A stretch of DNA of 64,000 bases from Macrostomum lignano (lineage: Eukaryota). The notes beneath the pieces were generated by a model. It worked only from the letters and a program-made list of their open reading frames with translations. It was not told the DNA's origin and ran no database searches. The stretch covers positions 1 to 64,000 of the forward strand of contig NIVC01003910.1 of NCBI GenBank assembly GCA_002269645.1. The letters are read 5' to 3'. Numbering within the stretch: the first letter of the stretch is position 1; every line of letters begins with the position of its first letter. The translations under genes and the position numbers were made by a program. Below, piece by piece: positions 57,428 to 64,000 of the stretch.

Positions 57428-59699
57428 GATAGAAAATGGTACTATTGCTAAGTATATATATATATTTATAAAATAACATTTTATTATAGAATGATTTTAT
57501 AATAATAATTAAGGAGAAAACTAGACAAAGAATTATTTTGATAAGAATCAAAAATAAAAAAGCATATTAATTCTATTAAAAATTATTAATCTGCAAACAA
57601 AAAATTTAGAAAGTAAATGAATGACTCAAGATAACAATTACAATTTTGAAAATGGTCTATTAAAAAATCATTTAGGTGAGATATAAAGAAATCTATCTAA
57701 ACTAGACAATAAATAAAGTTACAATAATTAATTAAAAATAAAAGTAATTATTATTTACTTTTAGATTTTTTTGTCAAATGATAATATGGTCAACAAAATT
57801 TTAAGCTACAATACTTTTAATTCAATATTCATTTATAGCAGACAGTAGCAACCTAAGGGGTCAGTAGCATAAGCACTTTCAAATCAGCAATGAGGCAATC
57901 AGTTAGATTTAGAGTGGCAAATTTAGCCTGGCCATAATGCAAATTGCTCAATTGGCCAATAATATATTGGTTAAAACAGAAAGTTTTTGTAGTTTGTGAA
58001 GATAAAACCATAGAATTTCTAGAAGCCTTTCTATGTGCAAAGATATAAAAAGGCTATTGACTAATATAGAGCAACCTGAATTCAAGTTTTAGCTATATTG
58101 CTGCAGTACCATTACATATACTGCAAGTATTCATTTCATAGAAGGCTTCAAAAACTGTGATAACTTTTTATTTTATCCAATAGCAAGGCCAAGGCCATAG
58201 AAATAGATAAATTATTGTCTAAGATCCTAAAGCAATGGCCCAAAATTCAATAATTAAAAAAATTATTTAAAAAATACTTTTTCATTTTAAATATTTTTAT
58301 TATGTTTTTATTCTGAAAATTGAGTTCTTTGTTTATCATAATCAGTGTGTGCTATTTATTAATATTATACTTGTTAGCAATTTAGCATGGCAAATATTTA
58401 ATTTTGAAAAAAATTGTGAGACAGAACAATGCTAAAATTAGGAACAGAAAATTAGGTAAAGAGATGCAAAATATATCTGAAAAATGCATTTAATAGCTTG
58501 AAAAACATAACTTGGTTTAAAACTATTCCTATATCTAGATCTAGACACCTGCATCTGGATTCTGGTACATGTATTTATAATAAAAAAAGTTAACCTAGTA
58601 GATGCAAATTTATTTTTCTTAAAAAATCACAGACAATTAGCAATGGTCTAACCCTGGCCAACTAGAGAAGAGAAGAAGTCAGTGAGTAAACTTTTTAATG
58701 TTTGAAGTGTAAACGGGACAAGTTGTATTTAGGACAAGTTCATTGTAATAGTTTGCCTAAAAAAGCTGCCACTATTAGCTTAATCTTGAATAGTTTTTCT
58801 AACTTTTTTAGTACACAACTGCATTCTGTCGCCAATAGAGATGTGCATAGTAGTTAGTTAAGACGTGCTAAGATTTTAAACTGTTTATAATAGCAAATCT
58901 ATAATTTTCCTGGAAAACCCTGGAATTTAAACAGGAATAGAAACAATTTGCGAAACAGTAATGAGTTAAAGACTGTTGTAATTAAAATAGTCCTTAAATG
59001 ATTTAAGACTAAAATTGTTCATTTAGAGAACACAATGCAACTTGATTTACTATTTTTCTTATAATGCTGCAGCTTTAGCATGTTAAGTTTAATTTGAAAT
59101 TTTACAACATTTTTTCCTTGCTTAATTATAAGTCATACTCGTACTTGCACATGTAGATATAATATTTTGTATTGGAGGGGGCGCAATCCTTAGGGGCGCC
59201 AATATTGGGTGTCTTGTGAAGGGCGCAATTTTTGTGGGGGGGGGCGCAATTTTGGTGGGGGCGCAATTGTGGGGGCCCCCTGCGTCCAAGTCAAAGACTT
59301 AAAAGTTAAGGGATTGCACCCGATATTATGGAGCTGGGCTGATGAGGAAAATTCGCTTGGCCCCTGAAGAATGGGACGACGATGCCCCTTGGTCATTCCC
59401 GGTAAAATTATGGTATTGAAACCTATAGAAAAATCATACCAGCAGTTAAATTTGAAAAATTAAAACTCGCTTTGAAACAAGCAAGAGGTTCTGAGGAAAT
59501 GTATTTTCCTCGAAAGTCACGACTGCATACAATTAGCTGATTTCAGTCGATTGCAGTTGCAGTCCTTTTGACTAAGAAATAATGCACTGTATTAGACTCA
59601 TCCATCGACTGTAAGGAAGAGAAATTTGGGTTCTCAGAGGCAGAAAGGGCAGGAAACTTCTTGAATTCAATGTACAGCCGACCTGAAATGTTTTCTTCG

Positions 59700-59714
59700 G
59701 TTGCTATGCGATAC
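59700..59714. promoter_or_regulatory. Candidate X-box (RFX site) in the IFT88 upstream region
   Basis: GTTGCTATGCGATAC ~275 nt before the ATG. The left half-site is canonical; the right half is imperfect and has an extra base. IFT88 is a known RFX target in other animals. Confidence 0.4.
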
Positions 59715-59988
59715 GCGCACAAATTCTCTCATATCTCTCTCTCCACCTGCCCCAGCCCAGAGTACAGTTGCCCTCCTCGCGGAGAGGCCAGTTGGCTGTC
59801 TCCTGAGCCCCCTCCTCACCGCCTCACCTCTCCTCTCAGCCGCGGCAAAATTTGGCGCGAAATTCAAACTGTGGAATTCCAGCGAATTTTTGTTCATGGC
59901 CCGCAGTAGTGAAGCAGCTGCTTTTGTATTTTGAAAGCTTTTCCATCTAACGAATAATTTAGTGTGTTTTCATCAACTGCCTCCAGCG

Positions 59989-62538
59989 ATGAACCAATTC
60001 GACGCCATGGAGGATGAGGACGACCTATACGGCGGCTTTAACGAGTACTCCGCTCTGAACACCGAGGAGATTCTCCGGGACGAGTCCGTGCAGCAGGCTG
60101 TGCGCACCAGCCACGGCAGGCGGGCCCCGAACATCGCTGCCGCCGGCACCGCGGGGAAGCCGCCGCCAACGGGCACGCGGGCCGGCCTGCGCACCGGACA
60201 GGTCGGGGCCGGAGCTGCCGGCACCGAGGCCCGGCCGATGACCGCCGTGCGAGCCGCCGGCTTCACCCGCAACGCTCGCAAAGGATCCGCTGGCGACATT
60301 CGACCGGCGCCGCCGCTCGAGGCCAAGGCGGATAACAGTCCGGAGGAGAAGATCCGGGCGCTGGAGAAGGAGGTGGTGCAGCTGGTTGAAGAATCCTGTC
60401 TGGCGCTGTCGCGTGGCGAAAAGGGCGCCGCCTTGCAGAAGGCGAAGGAGGCAGCCAAGAAGGAGAAGGACCTGCTGCGGAAGCGAGAGGACCTGAGCAG
60501 CACGGACCAGGCAAACATGGACCTGACGTACATGGTTCTATTCAACCTGGCCAATCAGTACCAGGCGAATGACATGTACCAGGAGGCCCTCAATGCCTAT
60601 CAGGCCATCGTGAAGAACAAGATGTTTGCCCACGCCGGGAGACTCAAGGTCAACATGGGCAACATCTACTTCCGGCAGAAGCAGTTCGCCAAGGCCATCA
60701 AGTTCTACCGTATGGCCCTGGATCAGATCCCCAACACGCACAAAAGCCTGCGCATCAAGATCATGCAGAACATCGGCATTGCCTTCATCAAGATGGGTCA
60801 GGTGCACGACGCCATCACGTCGTTCGAGCACATCATGCAAGAGCAGCCGGACTTCAAAACTGGCTTCAACCTGTTGCTGTGCTACTACACCATTAACGAA
60901 AGGAACATGATGAAGATGGCTTTCACAAAGATGCTCTCCGTCGACTTGAAGCTGGGTGACCCGGACCGCTACACCCTCGCGCCCAACAGCGATAGGCAGA
61001 CGGAGCTCATTCAGGAAGTCATCCGCAATGACGACCTGCGCAAAGTGGAGATGGAGAGGGAGCAGGACGCTGAGCGGCGCATCAAGATGGCTGCCAAGAT
61101 TATCGCGCCGGTCATCGAGGAGACTTTTTCGGACGGCTACGACTGGTGCATCGACCAGGTAAAGTCCTCCGCCTTCCTCAACATCGGCCACGATCTGGAG
61201 ATCGACAAGGCCATGATGTTCCTCAAGCAGCGGGACTTCCACCAAGGTGAGGAGTCTCTCCACCGCAAAGCCATCGAATCATTGAAGTCCTTCGAGAAAA
61301 AGGACACCCGGCTGGCCTCCGCTGCCGGAGTGAATTTATCGTTCCTGCACTACTTGGAAGGCAACCTCCAGCAGGCGGACAAGTATGCTGACCAGTCGCT
61401 GCAGGCTGACAGGTACAATCCGGCCGCTCTGGTCAACAAGGGCAACGTGTTCTACCAGCAGAAGGACTTCGAAAGGGCTCGCGACTTCTACAACGACGCA
61501 CTGAACAACGACAGCTCCTGTGTAGAGGCTCTGTACAACCTGGGCCTGGTCAACAAGCGGCTGGGCCGCATGGAAGAGGCTCTGGACGCGTTTCAGAAGC
61601 TTCACACGATCTTCAAGAACTCGGCGCAGGTCATCTACCAGCTGGCCGATGTGTTCGAGAAGATTGGCGAGCGCAACCAGGCGCAGGAGTGGTACCTGCA
61701 GCTGAACGGCATTCTGCCCACCGACCCCAAGCTGCTGCAGCGTCTGGCCGCTTTCTGCGAGGATGAGGGTGACAAGTCGCAGGCGTTCTCCTACTACTAC
61801 GATTCCTTCAGATACTATCCGGCCAACCTCGATGTAAGTGGACGGGGTGCCTTCTGTGATTTAGGCTTGCCTGACAACATATCCTTATTAGGAATGAGCT
61901 GGTTTATTTTAAGACTTACGTGATTTCAAGTCGAGACCCCTACCGCTTTGCTCTTCCAGGTGATTGAGTGGCTGGGCGCCTACTACATCGAGGCGCAGTT
62001 CTGCGAGAAGGCCATCGGTTACTTTGAGCGGGCCGCCATGATGCAGCCGGGCCAGGTGAAGTGGCCGCTGATGATCGCCAGCTGCCACAGGCGCAGCGGC
62101 AACTACCAGGTGGCTCTGGAGACCTACAAGTCCGTGCACAGGCGCTTCCCAGACAATGTTGAATGCCTGAAGTTCCTGGTGCGGATCAGCACCGACCTCG
62201 GCCTGGACGAGGCGGCCGAATACACTGCCAAACTGAAGAAAGCCGAGAAGAGCCAGGAGGCCCGAGAGCAGCGGCAGGCCAGCGCTGGACGGCGCAGCAG
62301 CGTCGTTGGCCAGGCGGGCAGCAGAGAGAACTCGGCGGGCACCGGCGGCTACCGGCCTCAGGCGCAAATGCCGCCGCAGCCGCACCAGCAGCAGCGGCAG
62401 CCCCTGCAGCAGCAGCCCAGCATGGACTACGAGGACCCACTGGGAGCGGAGCGCGAGCGCCCGAGGACGGCGGCGAGGCGCGCCCCGGTGGACGAGTTCG
62501 CGGACGAGGAGCTGGACGACACCCTGCTGCCAGAGTGA
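59989..62538 (+). CDS. IFT88: Intraflagellar transport protein 88 (TPR protein), exons 59989-61833 and 61960-62538, ~807 aa
   Basis: EDEDDLYGGFNEY N-terminus, RPMTAVRAAGF, VLFNLANQY, AGRLKVNMGNIY..AIKFYRMALDQIP, ALVNKGN, IEWLGAYYIEAQFCEKAIGYFERA, FPDNVECLKFLVRI, DPLGAERERPRTAA, ADEELDDTLLPE*. Intron GAT|GTAAGT..TTCCAG|GTG is phase 0. Confidence 0.97.
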
Positions 62539-63072
62539 CGCCTGACGACCGCCGATTCGTTTGCTGCGTTTTCAACTATAAAATTTCACTCTCTCGAATG
62601 TGCTGCTCTGATATTCTCCTATTGCTAAGCGATGGTTGGAATGGATCGTTCATACCTTGGTGTCTTTACTGTTGTCCAAGAGTTTGAGCACACAATACTG
62701 AATTTTAGCACCAGTCTCCCTTCCCGAGCCCAGGAAGCTGCCATACGAAAGCAATGACTGTCAGTTGCTATTCGCTCCCAAGATTCTCCCTAAAACTCAA
62801 TATAAAAGCTAAATTATACGCATGCTATTTTGTCTAAAATTTGAGTTGACCAAAAGTTAGCTCTTCTGTGCGATTTTATTCTCTTCCGGGTGCGAATTCG
62901 ACTTGCATTGGATTAACAAACAGTAGTGCAAGGAATAAAACCTTCTCACTGCAAAAAAAAATCATAAAAAGGAGTCCTGTCTCATTCACAGAGACACGGT
63001 CTAGGATTTAGCAGAAGTCTTTACTAAGCAAGGGATAAAATAAAGAAAATCACGGCACGAGAGGGTCAAAGG

Positions 63073-64000
63073 TTATTCAATCACGTACTCCGGCTTGCGG
63101 CCGCTGGCAATGTACAGCGGACTCTTGCCGAACAAGTCCTCCTCCTGCAGCCACATCGGGTCCTCCAGGTGGCTGACGCACCAGGCCAGCATGTCGCGGC
63201 ACAGCTCATTCTCGGCGGCGTAGTGCACCAGCGTGCGCCCGTCCCGGTCGGTTGTTCGGAACACCAGCCGGTAATCCAGGCTGTCCAGGTAGTCCAGCGC
63301 CTCCGTGTCCAGGTGCCGCGCCATCAAGTGGACTGGCTTGATACCCTGCGCATCTGTCTCCTTGACCAGACACGAAGGCCCGAGCAGGTCGACGATCCAC
63401 CGCAACGCCGAGTCGCTGGCGGTGTTGGTGGCCGCGTAGTGCACGGCGGAGCGGCCGGAGCTGTCCACGGCCTCCAGGCACGGCCGGCCGAGTGCCTCAA
63501 ACAGCAGCTGCAGCGACTCCGCCGTCTGGTTCTCTGCTGCCCGATGGGTGACGGTCTTGCCCCAGCAGTCAGCGGTGGCCAGGCGCTCCGGGCCCATCTC
63601 CCGGATGCACCAAGCCAGCACTTCGCCGCTCTGCGTGTTCTGGGCGGCGCTGTGAGCCAGGGTCTCGCCGTCCTCGCCGGACAGGTCAAACATCTCTTCA
63701 CCCAGGTGCTCCTTCAGCAGCTCCATGGTGTCCACGTCCTGGCACCAGGCGGCCAGATGCACCGGCGTGTTGCCTGAGATGTCGCGAGCCACCAGGAAGC
63801 TGCCTTCGCCGTCCAGCTCGCTGATCAGCCAGCGCAGGTTGTCGGCACTCTCATTCATGGTGGCGCAGTGGAAGACGGTCCGCTCTCGACTGGTCGTCTC
63901 CTCGAAGATGGAGAGGCCAGCCTCGCGCTTGTACAGCTCCAGAGCGTCGGGGCACTGGTACAGTGCAGAGTAGTGCACCGGGAGGCAGTGCGAGGCGTCA
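63073..64000 (-). CDS. Ankyrin-repeat protein, 5'-partial (frame stays open past the window edge)
   Basis: About 9 repeats of the G.T(P/L)xHxAA type: LPVHYSA, RTVFHCA, NTPVHLAA, ETLAHSAA, KTVTHRAA, RSAVHYAA, IKPVHLMA, RTLVHYAA, KSPLYIAS. Convergent with IFT88. Confidence 0.88.
   Translation of the reverse strand, partial: DASHCLPVHYSALYQCPDALELYKREAGLSIFEETTSRERTVFHCATMNESADNLRWLISELDGEGSFLVARDISGNTPVHLAAWCQDVDTMELLKEHLGEEMFDLSGEDGETLAHSAAQNTQSGEVLAWCIREMGPERLATADCWGKTVTHRAAENQTAESLQLLFEALGRPCLEAVDSSGRSAVHYAATNTASDSALRWIVDLLGPSCLVKETDAQGIKPVHLMARHLDTEALDYLDSLDYRLVFRTTDRDGRTLVHYAAENELCRDMLAWCVSHLEDPMWLQEEDLFGKSPLYIASGRKPEYVIE

Noticed and set aside
59175-59400. GGGGGCGCAAT-rich segment resembling a MITE (similar fragments at ~43997-44050 and ~47530-47740)
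   Set aside because: Could not define paired TIRs or TSDs.
59973-63777. Overlapping ORFs antisense to IFT88 and the ankyrin gene (60538-61263, 63169-63777)
   Set aside because: Typical stop-poor shadow frames of high-GC3 genes, with no motifs.

Overview
Eukaryotic (animal) genomic DNA with GC-rich exons, almost uniform GTGAG donors and minisatellite-filled introns. The style suggests the flatworm Macrostomum, but this is inference and was not checked. 1.8-33.7 kb (+): the 3' 45 exons of a laminin alpha chain of the alpha3/alpha5 (LanA/epi-1) type; the LN domain lies upstream of the window. All exon phases join up except one exon lacking 2 nt. Most of its introns carry their own private tandem repeat. 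One array is split by a 733-bp solo LTR and another by an intact 4.6-kb Ty3/Gypsy element with identical LTRs. Downstream lie a 2-exon 58-aa membrane microprotein missed by the ORF track, a calmodulin-like EF-hand gene, an unresolved repeat/MITE-rich 40-49 kb stretch, aftiphilin (-) head-to-head with IFT88 (+), and a partial ankyrin-repeat gene (-). Most notable signals: a phased array of RFX X-box-like palindromes inside the aftiphilin coding exon facing IFT88; minisatellites that appear seeded at 5' splice sites, including a 10x GT..AG donor array; a 24-nt GT-AG segment inside IFT88; and a ~2-kb CpG-free tract. All coordinates were read by eye and no searches were run.
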